Notes: generated from the sequence alone by a model not told the origin. A stretch of DNA of 64,000 nucleotides from Desulfurococcaceae archaeon (GCA_020833415.1 JAJHQJ010000002.1:3840-67839), one strand, 5' to 3'; positions 1-9,652 are shown, numbered from the stretch's first letter. Numbers and translations: made by a program.

Positions 1-524
1 ATGTAAATACCGTCCACGAAAACCCTTCTATCGAAGTCCCTGATCTTGGTTGCCTGCTCTATATTAGCTGCAGTCTGAGCTACGGCCTCTAAATCACAGC
101 CCTCAACTATGACATCTGTCTTAGTTACCGTAACCTTCACGTTACCCACTATCTTAGCTACCCTAGGGGCCTTCTCCCCTATGAAGTTCTCTATTATGAC
201 CTTATCCCCGGAGACCTTTACTGATATGGGGAAGTGTGTGTGAACTATCCTAAGCTTGTACCTGTAGCCCTTTAGGACCCCCTCAATAGCGTTCTTTATG
301 TGTGAGACTATGCTGTAGGCCTGGGCTTTAAGCTTTCTATCAACAAAGAAGGACTCGACAACAACCCTACCGCTCTCTAAGTAGATTCTAACACCCCTAG
401 CACAACTAAAGTCCCTCTCCACGGTACCCCTAGGTCCACGAACTCTAACTCTACGACCCTCCACTTCTACGCTTACCCCCTCGGGGATCTCGACCTCCTC
501 CCGGATAGTTACAGCCCTAGCCAT
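1..524 (-). CDS. rpl6: 50S ribosomal protein uL6 (C-terminal end outside window)
   Basis: Own minus-strand translation from ATG at 522-524: MARAVTIREEVEIPEGVSVEVEGRRVRVRGPRGTVERDF...GYRYKLRIVHTHFPISVKVSGDKVIIENFIGEK. Follows uS8 as in archaeal spc operons. Not in ORF track because it runs off the edge. Confidence 0.9.
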   Translation of the reverse strand, partial: MARAVTIREEVEIPEGVSVEVEGRRVRVRGPRGTVERDFSCARGVRIYLESGRVVVESFFVDRKLKAQAYSIVSHIKNAIEGVLKGYRYKLRIVHTHFPISVKVSGDKVIIENFIGEKAPRVAKIVGNVKVTVTKTDVIVEGCDLEAVAQTAANIEQATKIRDFDRRVFVDGIY

Positions 525-533
525 ATCACCCCC

Positions 534-950
534 TCAGTAGCAGTAGGCTAGTAGCACCCCACCACTCCTCATCTCGATAGCCTCCCTATGTGACACCACT
601 CCGCGGGGTGTCGAGATTATCAGTATACCTATGTCCCTAGATGGTAGGTACTTCCGCATCCAGTGAGGGACTCTAAGGAGATCTACGTACTTAACCGAGA
701 ACCTAGGCTTTATCGCACCGCAGCGGTTTATCCTGCCGAGTAGTTGTACCTTGATCTTACCCCACCTACCATCATCTATGTGCTCAAACTCCCCTATATA
801 GCCGTACCTCTGCATAACCCTCAGTACCGCAGCTATGAGCTTTGAGGCCGGCATTATTAGTGCCTCCTTATTACCCCTTATTTCGTTGTCGTATATCGTC
901 GCCAGAGCATTAGCCAGAGGATCTAGGGAGACCACGGCGCTGTCCCTCAC
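534..950 (-). CDS. rps8: 30S ribosomal protein uS8
   Basis: 138-aa track ORF with uS8-type sequence (...[23 protein letters not shown]...GGVLLAYCY). Lies between uS14 and uL6. GTG start overlaps the uS14 stop. Confidence 0.95.
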   Translation of the reverse strand: MRDSAVVSLDPLANALATIYDNEIRGNKEALIMPASKLIAAVLRVMQRYGYIGEFEHIDDGRWGKIKVQLLGRINRCGAIKPRFSVKYVDLLRVPHWMRKYLPSRDIGILIISTPRGVVSHREAIEMRSGGVLLAYCY

Positions 951-1111
951 GAGTACTTTCTAAAACCTAACTGTAGAGCCACCTCCCTAAAGCACTGCCT
1001 ACATAGGTACAGCCCGTACTTCTGTATAACAGCATCTCTGCTACCACACCTCCTGCACACCTGTACCCCTCTACCATACTTCCTTACCACAGGTCTCCTG
1101 TACTTACCCAA
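947..1111 (-). CDS. rps14: 30S ribosomal protein uS14 (short zinc-binding type)
   Basis: Own translation from TTG at 1109-1111: [53 protein letters not shown], with two CxxC pairs. At 54 aa it is below the track cutoff. Overlaps the uL5 stop and the uS8 start. Confidence 0.85.
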   Translation of the reverse strand: MGKYRRPVVRKYGRGVQVCRRCGSRDAVIQKYGLYLCRQCFREVALQLGFRKYS

Positions 1112-1676
1112 GGCCTACCACCTTGACCCCCAGTTTTGTCATAAAGAAAACCGCAGCCTCCAGCCTGCCGACTTTATGCCTCCTAGGCACCCTACTCCTG
1201 CACCTCCTTCTTCTCTCCACTCTATATCCGGGTCTCTCAAGCTTTACCGTTATGTCCATGCCAAAAATACCGATATCTGGGTCGTACTTTGTGCCGGGTA
1301 GGGCTATATGCTCCTTAATCCCGAAGGAGGCATTTCCGTAATCGTCAAAACTGGAGAACTTTATCCTCCTACCTATAGCTGTAAGAGCTCTATCTAGGAA
1401 CTGGAGAGCCCTCTCACCACGTAGGGTTACGACCACGGCTATAGGCTCACCCCTCCTTATACCGAACTCCCTAATGGTTTTCCTAGCCCGCCTATAGGAA
1501 GGCCTCTGACCAGTAAGCTGTTCAAGTAGTTTAGCAGCCTTCTCAAGCCTCTCCCCGGAGCTGCCGACACCTATATTTATAATTACCTTAGCTATCCTAG
1601 GTTCACGCATCTTATTCTTAAGCCAGCCCTGTACTACTGAGTTAATGAGATCCTCAATGTTTCCGGATACTCTCAT
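1104..1676 (-). CDS. rpl5: 50S ribosomal protein uL5
   Basis: 190-aa ORF with uL5-like sequence, in the canonical operon position between eS4 and uS14. Confidence 0.95.
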   Translation of the reverse strand: MRVSGNIEDLINSVVQGWLKNKMREPRIAKVIINIGVGSSGERLEKAAKLLEQLTGQRPSYRRARKTIREFGIRRGEPIAVVVTLRGERALQFLDRALTAIGRRIKFSSFDDYGNASFGIKEHIALPGTKYDPDIGIFGMDITVKLERPGYRVERRRRCRSRVPRRHKVGRLEAAVFFMTKLGVKVVGLG

Positions 1677-2431
1677 TGCTTTCCACCAAGACCGGGGACT
1701 ATGGGGAGAGTTATCTCCGGTTTGGAGATCCCTATAACGAACACTTTATCCAACGATGTGTAGAAGGTGCCACCGCGTACATCCTCTATAGCAACGAGCT
1801 TTCTGTAGTGTCTAACTCCCTCACTTATGCTGATGATTTTGCCTACTCTGCCTACGTTAATACCCCCTAGTACTATGACTAAAACCCCTTTATCTAGGCT
1901 GTAGTAGTCCAGAAGCTCATTACTCGGTACTGATATCTTGACCGTAGACAGTGTAGTGAACTTCCTACTTTCCTCTGGCGGTAGAACGATATTCCTTCCG
2001 TCGTGAAGGTTGAGCTGTATCCTACCGCCCTTAACAGTAGTCTTGTTCTCAATTCTGCAGAGCTTGTAGGAGGCCTCCTCCCTACTTATGGGTATTAAAG
2101 CCATAACCTTAGTGGGCACCGGCACGACCCTGAAGTACTCTCCGGAAGTTCTTATCTCTATTACGTCCATATAGCCCACAGGGAACTTGTAGTCCCTTCT
2201 AACTACCCCATCTACGAGAATATGCCCTTCAGCAATGATCCTCCTAGCTTCTCTGTAGGTCTTAGCATATCCCAGGATCTCCCTGACAACTATGAGTAGG
2301 GGTAGGGACCTCGAAGCCGGGTGAGGCCCTGGCGATGGCTTTACAGCCCACTTAGCCTCTTTCCTAAGTACCGGCCAGAATTCGGGAGCGGCTAACCTCT
2401 TGAGGTGTCTTCTCCCACCCATCCTAGCCAC
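1673..2431 (-). CDS. rps4e: 30S ribosomal protein eS4
   Basis: 252-aa ORF starting [21 protein letters not shown]..., typical of eS4. 4-nt overlap with the uL5 start. Confidence 0.95.
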   Translation of the reverse strand: MARMGGRRHLKRLAAPEFWPVLRKEAKWAVKPSPGPHPASRSLPLLIVVREILGYAKTYREARRIIAEGHILVDGVVRRDYKFPVGYMDVIEIRTSGEYFRVVPVPTKVMALIPISREEASYKLCRIENKTTVKGGRIQLNLHDGRNIVLPPEESRKFTTLSTVKISVPSNELLDYYSLDKGVLVIVLGGINVGRVGKIISISEGVRHYRKLVAIEDVRGGTFYTSLDKVFVIGISKPEITLPIVPGLGGKQ

Positions 2432-2813
2432 CGCTCTTCACCTCTTCAGGTTTCTTCCTCCTCTCGATTATCTTCCTCCTAACATCATCTACCTTCCCCA
2501 GCTTTATTATCATTACCTTAGAGGGATGTATTGGGTATGGAACGGGAGTCCCGTCAGCCTTCTTTATCGTAACCCCCTCTACGTAGATCCTAACCCTCTT
2601 CAGGTTCACATCTAGTACCTTACCTTCGTGTCCGGTCCAGTCCCCTCTAAGTATCCTAACTACGTCATCCTTACATACCGGGAGCCTCTTAACGCCTAGC
2701 TCCTTAGCTAGCTCCGGGGCCAGCCTAGCGTTAAAGAACTTGTGGCGTATGTGCAGTGGGGCTGTGTAGTAGGCAAGTCTCTGCTTACGTGGTTGACTAC
2801 TTCGGGTACCCAT
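2424..2813 (-). CDS. rpl24: 50S ribosomal protein uL24
   Basis: Track ORF 2424..2834. Start trimmed to the ATG at 2811-2813 ([12 protein letters not shown]...), just downstream of the uL14 stop. KOW-type sequence. Confidence 0.9.
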   Translation of the reverse strand: MGTRSSQPRKQRLAYYTAPLHIRHKFFNARLAPELAKELGVKRLPVCKDDVVRILRGDWTGHEGKVLDVNLKRVRIYVEGVTIKKADGTPVPYPIHPSKVMIIKLGKVDDVRRKIIERRKKPEEVKSGG

Positions 2814-2823
2814 GGGACCACCC

Positions 2824-3243
2824 CTACACCACAAGGGTAGCTAGGTTAGCTATTCCAGGCCATCTCTCGGCAGCTTCCCTAGCTACAGGGCCTCTTATTT
2901 CACTCCCCTTGGGGTTGCCCTCAGGGGTAACTATCACACACGCGTTATCCTCGAAGGCTATCCAGGTTCCGTCAGGTCTTCTGTACGGCTTCCTCTGCCT
3001 AATAACTATGGCCTGCATAACCTGTCCTATGAGCTCAGTCTTCCCCTTCTTCACGGTAACTACGACCATGTCGCCTACGGTAGCGAAGGGTATTCTCCTC
3101 AACCTGGTCTTAACCCCTATAACACCTATCATCATAACCTCCCTAGCTCCACTGTTATCTGCTACGTTAAGCCTAGTACCGTTGGTAATACCTGGAGATC
3201 TACCTAACCTACTAAACCTTGCAGTAGACTTCACCGAGCTCAT
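2824..3243 (-). CDS. rpl14: 50S ribosomal protein uL14
   Basis: 139-aa ORF with ...[17 protein letters not shown]...[14 protein letters not shown]..., uL14-like. Confidence 0.95.
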   Translation of the reverse strand: MSSVKSTARFSRLGRSPGITNGTRLNVADNSGAREVMMIGVIGVKTRLRRIPFATVGDMVVVTVKKGKTELIGQVMQAIVIRQRKPYRRPDGTWIAFEDNACVIVTPEGNPKGSEIRGPVAREAAERWPGIANLATLVV

Positions 3244-3599
3244 CAGCTACTCACCCTACTAAGAACTCCTAGGACTATCCAAGCTACTGACTTAGCTAAG
3301 GGTCTGGTCTCACCTATTAGTACAGTATCTCCAGGGTTAACCTTAATGCACGGAGGGAGATACGCGTGTATCCTAGACCTCCTCCTCTCATACCTACGGT
3401 ACTTCCTGATATACACTAGGTAGTCTCTCTCTACAACAATCATCTTATGAGCTCTGGCCTTGTAGACTCTCCCAACAAGTAGACCCCCTCTCACCTTTAG
3501 ATGCCCATGCCACGGGCACTTCGGGTCCGAACACTCCTCCTGAGGGGGTTGTAGTCCTTCGTACTTTATCCCGATGTTCCTAACCCTACTCATACTCAT
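3243..3599 (-). CDS. rps17: 30S ribosomal protein uS17
   Basis: uS17-like ORF. The ATG at 3597-3599 overlaps the TGA of the upstream gene (ATGA). Confidence 0.9.
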   Translation of the reverse strand: MSMSRVRNIGIKYEGLQPPQEECSDPKCPWHGHLKVRGGLLVGRVYKARAHKMIVVERDYLVYIRKYRRYERRRSRIHAYLPPCIKVNPGDTVLIGETRPLAKSVAWIVLGVLSRVSS

Positions 3600-3871
3600 C
3601 ACCCACACCTCCTAGGTCTCTCCTCAGGTCTTCCAAGTATCTCCTCACCCTCTATTACTACAGTATCTCCGCTAGTCAGCTTAAAAGAAAACCTCCCGTA
3701 GAGTTTAGGTACCATCACCTCCCTACCCTCCCTCTCTATTATTAGCATGTTCTTCGTCTCCCAAACTACCCTTCCGCGGATACCGCTGAAGCTCTTAGAG
3801 CTGTGGTCCAGTACCGTAACCTCTAAGCCTATTAGTTCGTGGCACTTAAGATTTCTACTACTGTACCTCAA
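3599..3871 (-). CDS. rnp1: RNase P protein component 1 (Rpp29/Pop4)
   Basis: 90-aa ORF (...LIGLEVTVLDHSSKSFSGIRGRVVWETKNMLIIE...) in the usual archaeal slot between uL29 and uS17. Confidence 0.8.
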   Translation of the reverse strand: MRYSSRNLKCHELIGLEVTVLDHSSKSFSGIRGRVVWETKNMLIIEREGREVMVPKLYGRFSFKLTSGDTVVIEGEEILGRPEERPRRCG

Positions 3872-4077
3872 CCGCTTAGTCCCTTCTTTTTCTCCTCATT
3901 TATTACTGTGAGTATCCTGGCTATGTTTTTCCTAACTAGCCTTATTCTAGCAGTATTAGTTATGGTACCAACCCTAGCCTGGGTCCTTAGCTTAAGGAGT
4001 TCCATCCTAAGCTCATTCAGGGTCTTAAGCCTCTCCTCGGGGTTCATCCTCCTTACCTCATCTGCCGAGAGACTCAT
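3868..4077 (-). CDS. rpl29: 50S ribosomal protein uL29
   Basis: 69-aa ORF, helical, ...ELRMELLKLRTQ...; operon position. Confidence 0.9.
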   Translation of the reverse strand: MSLSADEVRRMNPEERLKTLNELRMELLKLRTQARVGTITNTARIRLVRKNIARILTVINEEKKKGLSG

Positions 4078-4721
4078 GATGCTCCCCCTGTAGTCGTACT
4101 AGACTCGCTCTGGGTAGCCCCCTCAGTAGTTGCTTTAAGAGCCACGTAGTCATCCGGAGTACCCGGCTTAACTATGATTACCTCTACACCGTATAGGCCT
4201 GGCTTAAGTAGAGCACTTACAACTGCTCTATCTACGAGTCTCTCCACGTGGCCCCCGGTCTTATAGACCTTACCTGCCCGGATCTTCTCGTACCTAGCCC
4301 TCTCTGAGGTGAGTTTACCGCTAATCACTATCTCACAACCTATCGCACCAGCTGAGAGTATCCTCCTGAGAGCTACGTAGGCAGCTCGCCTAAAGTGGTA
4401 CCCCTTCTCGAGAGCCAGGGCTATCCTAGATGCCATAACCTTAGCGCTGAGCTCCGGTACCTCCAGCCCGGTTACAGTTATCTGAGGGTTCTCGAGCTTA
4501 AAGTACTTTGAGAGTATATCGGCTAGCTTCTTTATCTGCTGACCGCGCCTACCTATAACCATAGCTGGTCTGTCAGCGTATATTATGACCCTATCGCCGA
4601 GGGGGGTCCTGAAGAGGTCTACCCCGGCATACCCAGCCTTGTAGAGCGTCTTAGCTAAATACTCGTCGATTTTCAGCTTAGTTATGTTCATCTCGATGAA
4701 GTACTTCTTTATGTCTACCAT
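4074..4721 (-). CDS. rps3: 30S ribosomal protein uS3
   Basis: 215-aa ORF with a KH-domain uS3 sequence (...VIGRRGQQIKKLADIL...). Confidence 0.95.
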   Translation of the reverse strand: MVDIKKYFIEMNITKLKIDEYLAKTLYKAGYAGVDLFRTPLGDRVIIYADRPAMVIGRRGQQIKKLADILSKYFKLENPQITVTGLEVPELSAKVMASRIALALEKGYHFRRAAYVALRRILSAGAIGCEIVISGKLTSERARYEKIRAGKVYKTGGHVERLVDRAVVSALLKPGLYGVEVIIVKPGTPDDYVALKATTEGATQSESSTTTGGAS

Positions 4722-4724
4722 AGC

Positions 4725-5204
4725 CTACACCTCCCTAGCTACTACCTCTAGGTGGGTTAGGGACCTGAACTTAGGGGTAGCTCTACCGAAAGCTCTAGGC
4801 ATCCACCTCTTCAAGTAGGGTCCTCTGTGAGCTGCTGCGTGTACTATAACCAGTCTATCGAGGTCTAAACCGCTTACCTCAGCGTTGTTCTCCAGGTTCT
4901 TAAGGAGCTTGAGGATGTACCTAGCAGCCTTGACCGGGTACCTACCTATGGGGGAACTCCACCTAGGAAAAGCATCCGGGAGACCGGTCTTGTGAGCTAT
5001 GGATAGCTTATACCTAGTGTAGGGTACGGCCACCCTCTTAGCTATGACATCCTCGAGAAACCTCTTAGCCTCGGAGAGCTTCATACCCCTCAGCATCTTA
5101 AAGATCTCGTAAGCCTCCTTTCTCGATATAGGGGCATCCCACATCATAGCCTTAGCTACCCTAGACTCTCTTACAACCTCCAGCGGGTACCTCCATCGCG
5201 GCAT
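4725..5204 (-). CDS. rpl22: 50S ribosomal protein uL22
   Basis: Track ORF 4725..5216. ATG at 5202-5204 (MPRWRYP...) preferred because it lies about 38 nt from a TATA-like box. Confidence 0.93.
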   Translation of the reverse strand: MPRWRYPLEVVRESRVAKAMMWDAPISRKEAYEIFKMLRGMKLSEAKRFLEDVIAKRVAVPYTRYKLSIAHKTGLPDAFPRWSSPIGRYPVKAARYILKLLKNLENNAEVSGLDLDRLVIVHAAAHRGPYLKRWMPRAFGRATPKFRSLTHLEVVAREV

Positions 5205-5235
5205 ACCCCGGACCAAGCCTAAGTCTCTAGTCTAA

Positions 5236-5248
5236 GCCTTATAAGCTT
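5236..5248 (-). promoter_or_regulatory. TATA-like box (AAGCTTATAAGGC) for the uL22-to-uL6 transcription unit
   Basis: Matches the recurrent GCTTATAA motif found 33-41 nt upstream of many starts in this window. Confidence 0.5.
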
Positions 5249-5291
5249 CTAAGTGAGGGTTACTACTCCATCAGCATATAGTTTGTCCTAG

Positions 5292-6265
5292 ATGCTCATT
5301 CTCATTGGTTCATGTTTATTTATCACATCTAGGGACTTCCTCCTCTTCCACTCCTTCACTGATAGCACTGCTAGCTCGAGAGTGGGGTCACAGGGCATCG
5401 GGGTGAACGACACGCACCCCTTGAGAGTTAGATACCTTCTCTCGAGGCTCAGTACAGCTACTACGTCTCTACCAGACTATAAATTCACAATTCTGACATT
5501 TGAGTTGCCTCAGGACATTGCCCCCCATCAGCTTAGAGTTGCAGAGAGGGCATGTAGAGGAGGTGTTTCTCGGGTCTACTTTAGCCACGGGGACTCCTCT
5601 CTCCGAGCACTCCTCCTCAATAGCTTTAACCATACCTCTGAACCTTGCTTGGTATATCCTATGCCTTAGCACCGGGTCTCTAACATCCCTAATCATATTC
5701 CTTGAGTATTGCTTAGGAAGCTTCTCCAACACAACCACCGCATTGATATTTTTGGCTCTGTTAGAAACTATATCCGCAATTTTTAACCTAATACCACGCT
5801 CTCTACCACGGATGACTCCATAAACATATCCATTACCCTTAACACTCTGCGCAACCTCTCTATACGTAGCATAACCGATAGTAATCCTCTTAATCTCTGT
5901 CTCAAGGATGTACACCCTATCGAGAACCTTAACAGCTACATTATCCTCATTAACATCAACAGAAATAGCATGTTTAACACCATTTTCATCGACATTAATG
6001 ATTCTGCGAACACGAAGTATATTGATGACCTCCTACGTCTATAGTCAATCTTTATCTTCGGCTGTGTTCTCAGAGCCCAGTCACTGCTAATGTATCTCTA
6101 ATAAAGTTTGTGAAGTACTAGCTCTATTGGTATCCAACTCCTGTGGGTGTAGACGAGGGTTGTTGCACATCCTACGCGCTTCCACAGGTGGTCATCTAGC
6201 CATATACTGACCTTCCTAACCTCAGGCCTGTATTCTTTAGAAGTGCAGTACTGCGTCAGGTACTG
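5292..6265 (-). pseudogene. tnpB: TnpB (IS605 OrfB family) pseudogene with several frameshifts and stops
   Basis: Track ORF 5469..5915 carries ...VAKVDPRNTSSTCPLCNSKL...LKCQNCEF. My translations show the N-terminal part (KIKIDYRR / NILRVRRIINVDENGVKHAISVDVNEDNVAVKVLDRVYILE) and the C-terminal part (SGRDVVAVLSLERRY...) in other frames. Confidence 0.75.
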
Positions 6266-6268
6266 TAC

Positions 6269-6529
6269 CTACCTCTCCAGGTTGCTCCTCCGGTCTGAGG
6301 AGCTCACATGTGCATAGATAACTGCTCCGATCTCTTTGCTTATTGGCAAACCCTCAGCAATCCTCCTAACCTCGCTCTCGGGGACCCTATACTTACCACC
6401 AGCAGTCCTGATAGCCCTAATCCTACCCTCCCTAACCCACCTAGATAGAGTGGAGTAGCTAATACCAAGACTCCGACAGACCTCCCTAGGTCTCAGCAAC
6501 CTCTCCGGAGACCCCAAAATAGCTGGCAC
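6269..6529 (-). pseudogene. tnpA: Truncated IS607-type serine recombinase TnpA (MerR-like HTH plus only the first residues of the catalytic domain)
   Basis: 86 aa: ...LRPREVCRSLGISYSTLSRWVREGRIRAIRTAGGKYRVPESEV...AVIYAHVSSSDRRSNLER, then a stop. Normal IS607 TnpA proteins are roughly twice as long. Confidence 0.7.
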
Positions 6530-6736
6530 AGGTAATAATAGATAGAACGATGGGATTAGAGCTTATAAACCTAACTCCTAGACATCAACTACGAAACAGC
6601 CCCTATTGGGGATAACCTTGTAGACATCTCCCCTAAACGAGTTCCTCCAGCCGATATCGGTACCCGGTGGAATGAGGTCTGCTTAGCGATGTTAAGCAGC
6701 CTCTGTGCCGCTATTTTGAAGAGCCATAGTGAAACT

Positions 6737-6925
6737 GCTTTGTAGGTTTATAAGGGTTGATGCTACCCTGTGAGACTCTGAGGGTGACTCCAGGCGCTCA
6801 AGATGTGGGGTCTCCGGGGTGGCCCCGAACGCCCCTAAGGCGGATGCAGCCCCAAGGAGCGATGCGGGGGAAGAGATGAGGTGATGACCATAGAACAACA
6901 TAGACTCACATAAGAGCTGAACTCC
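6737..6925 (+). mobile_element. Internally deleted TnpB element (left end plus omega-RNA-like right end), copy 1
   Basis: GGTTTATAAGGGTTGATGCTACCCTGTGAG... matches the 5-prime end of the intact tnpB at 38208. ...CTCAAGATGTGGGGTCTCCGGGGTGGCCCCGAACGCCCC...GAGCTGAACTCC matches its 3-prime end (39330-39466). Confidence 0.8.
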
Positions 6926-6982
6926 CGTCCCTGTAAGGGATATAAGGTAGGGTAGGAAAAAGTATTCTGGTGTGGTAACCAC

Positions 6983-8461
6983 ATGTTTGAGGAGGTAGCT
7001 TACAGGGGTCCGCCGCCTAAGGTAACCCTAGAGAGGTTGGACGAGTATACGTGGCGTATACCTAGGGGGTATAAGGAGTGTATGAAGGTACCGGCAATAG
7101 TATTCGCTGACGAGAGCCTCCTATCGAAGATGAGGGAGGATCTAACCCTCGTTCAGGCAGCTAACGTCGCCTGCCTCGACGGCATAGAGATCGCCTCCTA
7201 CGTAATGCCCGATGGACATCAGGGCTACGGGTTCCCGATAGGTGGAGTAGCCGGTATGGACTATGAGGAGGGAGTTATATCTCCGGGTGGCGTAGGTTAC
7301 GACATAAACTGCGGTGTTAGGTTACTTAGAACCAACCTAAGCCTCGAGGAGGTTAAGCCCAAGCTGAAGGAGCTCGTCGATACCATATTCCATAACGTCC
7401 CTTCAGGTGTTGGGAGTACCGGTAAGGTAAGGTTAAGTATCTCCGAGCTCGATAGGGTACTAGCCGAGGGGGTTGCCTGGGCTATAGAGAAGGGTTTCGG
7501 CTGGGCTGACGACCCCGAGTTCATAGAGGAGAGGGGGTCCATGGAGGGGGCAGACCCAAGTAAGGTTAGTAGGGTCGCGAAAGAGAGGGGAGCACCCCAA
7601 CTGGGTACCCTCGGGGCCGGGAACCACTTCCTGGAGGTTCAGGTAGTAGATAAGATATATGATAGGGACGTAGCTAAGGTCCTCGGTATAGAGTATGAGG
7701 GGCAGATCACGGTAATGGTACATACGGGATCTAGGGGTTTAGGTCATCAGGTAGCTAGCGACTACTTAGTAATTATGGAGAGGGCTATGCGGAGGTACGG
7801 TATATCCCCCCCAGATAGGGAGCTGGCGTCTGTACCTATAAAGACTAAGGAGGGTGGGGACTACTTCGCAGCTATGGCTGCTGCAGCTAACTATGCGTGG
7901 ACTAATAGGCAACTCATAACTCACTGGGTTAGGGAGTCGTTCGGTAGAGTATTCAAGGTAGATCCAGATAAGCTGGACCTACGTATAATCTACGACGTAG
8001 CACATAACATAGCTAAGATAGAGGAGCACTACGTAGATGGTAGGAGGCTTAAGCTAGTTGTTCATAGAAAGGGAGCTACAAGAGCCTTCCCGCCAGGTCA
8101 CCCGGAGATACCTAAGGCTCACCAATCCATCGGTCAGGTGGTGCTAATACCGGGCTCTATGGGTACTGCCAGCTACGTTATGGTCGGTGTACCGGAGGGT
8201 GCTAGGACATTCTACTCCGCGGCACACGGTGCTGGTAGGTGGCTCTCTAGGGAGGCTGCCGTTAGGAGATACAGGCCCCAGGAGGTTACAGGGCACTTAG
8301 CATCTATGGGTATATACCTTAGAGCCGCTACAGCAAGGGTAATCTCGGAGGAGGCTCCCGGAGCCTACAAGGACGTAGATAGAGTAGCCCTTGTAAGTCA
8401 CAAGGTCGGTATAGCCAAGCTCGTCGCCCGCTTAAGGCCTATAGGTGTTGCTAAGGGTTGA
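6983..8461 (+). CDS. rtcB: RNA-splicing ligase RtcB
   Basis: 492-aa ORF with RtcB hallmarks (...GYDINCGVRLL...GAGNHFLE...HTGSRGLGHQVA...AHGAGR...). Confidence 0.95.
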   Translation: MFEEVAYRGPPPKVTLERLDEYTWRIPRGYKECMKVPAIVFADESLLSKMREDLTLVQAANVACLDGIEIASYVMPDGHQGYGFPIGGVAGMDYEEGVISPGGVGYDINCGVRLLRTNLSLEEVKPKLKELVDTIFHNVPSGVGSTGKVRLSISELDRVLAEGVAWAIEKGFGWADDPEFIEERGSMEGADPSKVSRVAKERGAPQLGTLGAGNHFLEVQVVDKIYDRDVAKVLGIEYEGQITVMVHTGSRGLGHQVASDYLVIMERAMRRYGISPPDRELASVPIKTKEGGDYFAAMAAAANYAWTNRQLITHWVRESFGRVFKVDPDKLDLRIIYDVAHNIAKIEEHYVDGRRLKLVVHRKGATRAFPPGHPEIPKAHQSIGQVVLIPGSMGTASYVMVGVPEGARTFYSAAHGAGRWLSREAAVRRYRPQEVTGHLASMGIYLRAATARVISEEAPGAYKDVDRVALVSHKVGIAKLVARLRPIGVAKG

Positions 8462-8892
8462 AGAAGGTAAAAGCTCTTGCTAGAGTAGGAGGCTACTTAC
8501 TCCCAGCTACTGTAAGTATAGAGGAGGGTGTGATCAAGGTATTACTCGGATCCGCCGCAGCTAGGACTATGGTTCTACGCAGTTCTCTCTCCATTACTGA
8601 GATCGGGGAGATATTAGGCGGTAGAGAAATCGAAATTAGATTAGATACTAACTGCAGAGCATCCGTAAGGAGGTTAGGGAGAAAGCTAAGACCTACGGAC
8701 CCCCGGGATAGGAAGCTACTCGAAGCTCTTGGAATAGGTCCTCAGGGGTTCAAGGATCGAATAGACTTCATTAGTGACCTCTATGTGGTTCATGTATCTA
8801 GGGGGGACCTAGATATAACGCTAGTAGTAGATCAAACCACAGCTCTCGTATTGAAAAACCTACTTAGAAATTACGGAGTTAGCACAAAGTAG
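8458..8892 (+). CDS. Hypothetical protein, translationally coupled to rtcB
   Basis: 144-aa ORF. TTG start overlaps the rtcB TGA (GTTGA). No family recognised, and it lacks archease motifs. Confidence 0.55.
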   Translation: MKKVKALARVGGYLLPATVSIEEGVIKVLLGSAAARTMVLRSSLSITEIGEILGGREIEIRLDTNCRASVRRLGRKLRPTDPRDRKLLEALGIGPQGFKDRIDFISDLYVVHVSRGDLDITLVVDQTTALVLKNLLRNYGVSTK

Positions 8893-9248
8893 AACTAAGA
8901 TGGTCATAACTGAAACCCCACCTTCAAGGTAGGGATAAGGGATAAGAGTTCATAAGTTCTTATATCGTCTCACTTACCCCTAAGTCCGTTGCGGAGATGT
9001 GGAATAGCTAACCCCCTCCCAGCACTAAAGGGTGGAGGTTCCCTAGAGCGGGGGAGGCTGGGATTACATCCCCTCTCCGGGGTTCAATTCCGGACTTGGC
9101 CTCCGGTCTGTCTCCTCCACCTCTATTCCGTTGGACCCGGGGTTACGAGTACGTTATACGCTTCTACTAGATCTGCGTTGAAGATTCTGTCTATTTTTGT
9201 GTACTTGAATAATCCTCTCTCCGCACCCCTCGTCATGCACTAGGCACT

Positions 9249-9652
9249 TGGATGAGGTATACGCCTCGTTGACGTAGACTAACGTAAAGCCTAAACTGTT
9301 ATGACCGTAGACATCAACCTCGATAGTGTAACGCTAGCCGCGTTTACTAACTGAAAGCCTCGCCATTCATGGCGGGGAGGAGGTCAGCCCTGGTGGCAGG
9401 TTGCTCAGACTGAAGAGGTTTAGAGCACCTCACAGGAAGATGCTAGCTCGTAAGATCTAAGTTGAGAGAATTAGAGGAATTACCCTAAGTCGTGGGGATT
9501 CGTTAAGGGTGTTAAGAAGGTTGTTGAGAAGCGTAGCGAGATAATCAAGAGCATCTCCTGGGACTGCGCCCACAGAGCAGTAGACATAGTCACTGAGCTG
9601 GCATTCAAACAATGAAAATCTATTAAACTATATGAAGCTGACCTTCTAGAGG
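9249..9652 (+). pseudogene. tnpB: TnpB pseudogene fragment (central portion) interrupted by a hairpin repeat
   Basis: Own translation: ...VKPKLLMTVDINLDSVTLAAFT [insert] PGGRLLRLKRFRAPHRKMLARKI*VERI...ISWDCAHRAVDIVTELAFK. This parallels residues VKPLKPRTVMAIDLNFDNVTLAIFALSGRLLKLKRFKTPHRRILTHRIWIERI...ISWDYAHKLGDLVAELALK of the intact copy. Stops and frameshifts are present. Confidence 0.7.
9348..9388 (+). repeat. Short hairpin repeat (about 40 bp), copy inserted inside the TnpB pseudogene
   Basis: TAACTGAAAGCCTCGCCATTCATGGCGGGGAGGAGGTCAGC preceded by TTAC (9344-9347). The stem carries a compensatory C-to-A / G-to-T pair relative to other copies. Confidence 0.85.

Noticed and set aside
6692-6982. 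96-aa minus-strand track ORF. Similar ORFs occur at 31230..31412, 37886..38137, 44176..44406, 58041..58247 and 60410..60640.
   Set aside because: All lie inside the repeat or mini-element sequences and have low-complexity G/P/S-rich translations. In 31230..31412 the reading frame is just the fused stub of the tnpB ends.
8458-8892. Archease, the usual RtcB partner.
   Set aside because: The size fits, but the sequence lacks the archease-type motifs I recall. It is left as hypothetical.
8989-9243. tRNA-like T-arm (GGGGTTCAATTCCGG) with a GGAGGC/GCCTCC helix, and an 84-aa track ORF.
   Set aside because: I could not build a cloverleaf. There is no matching acceptor stem, no 7-nt anticodon loop with U33, and the T-loop register is off. 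The region continues into a decayed TnpB pseudogene, so it is more likely degraded element sequence. The ORF is probably not coding.
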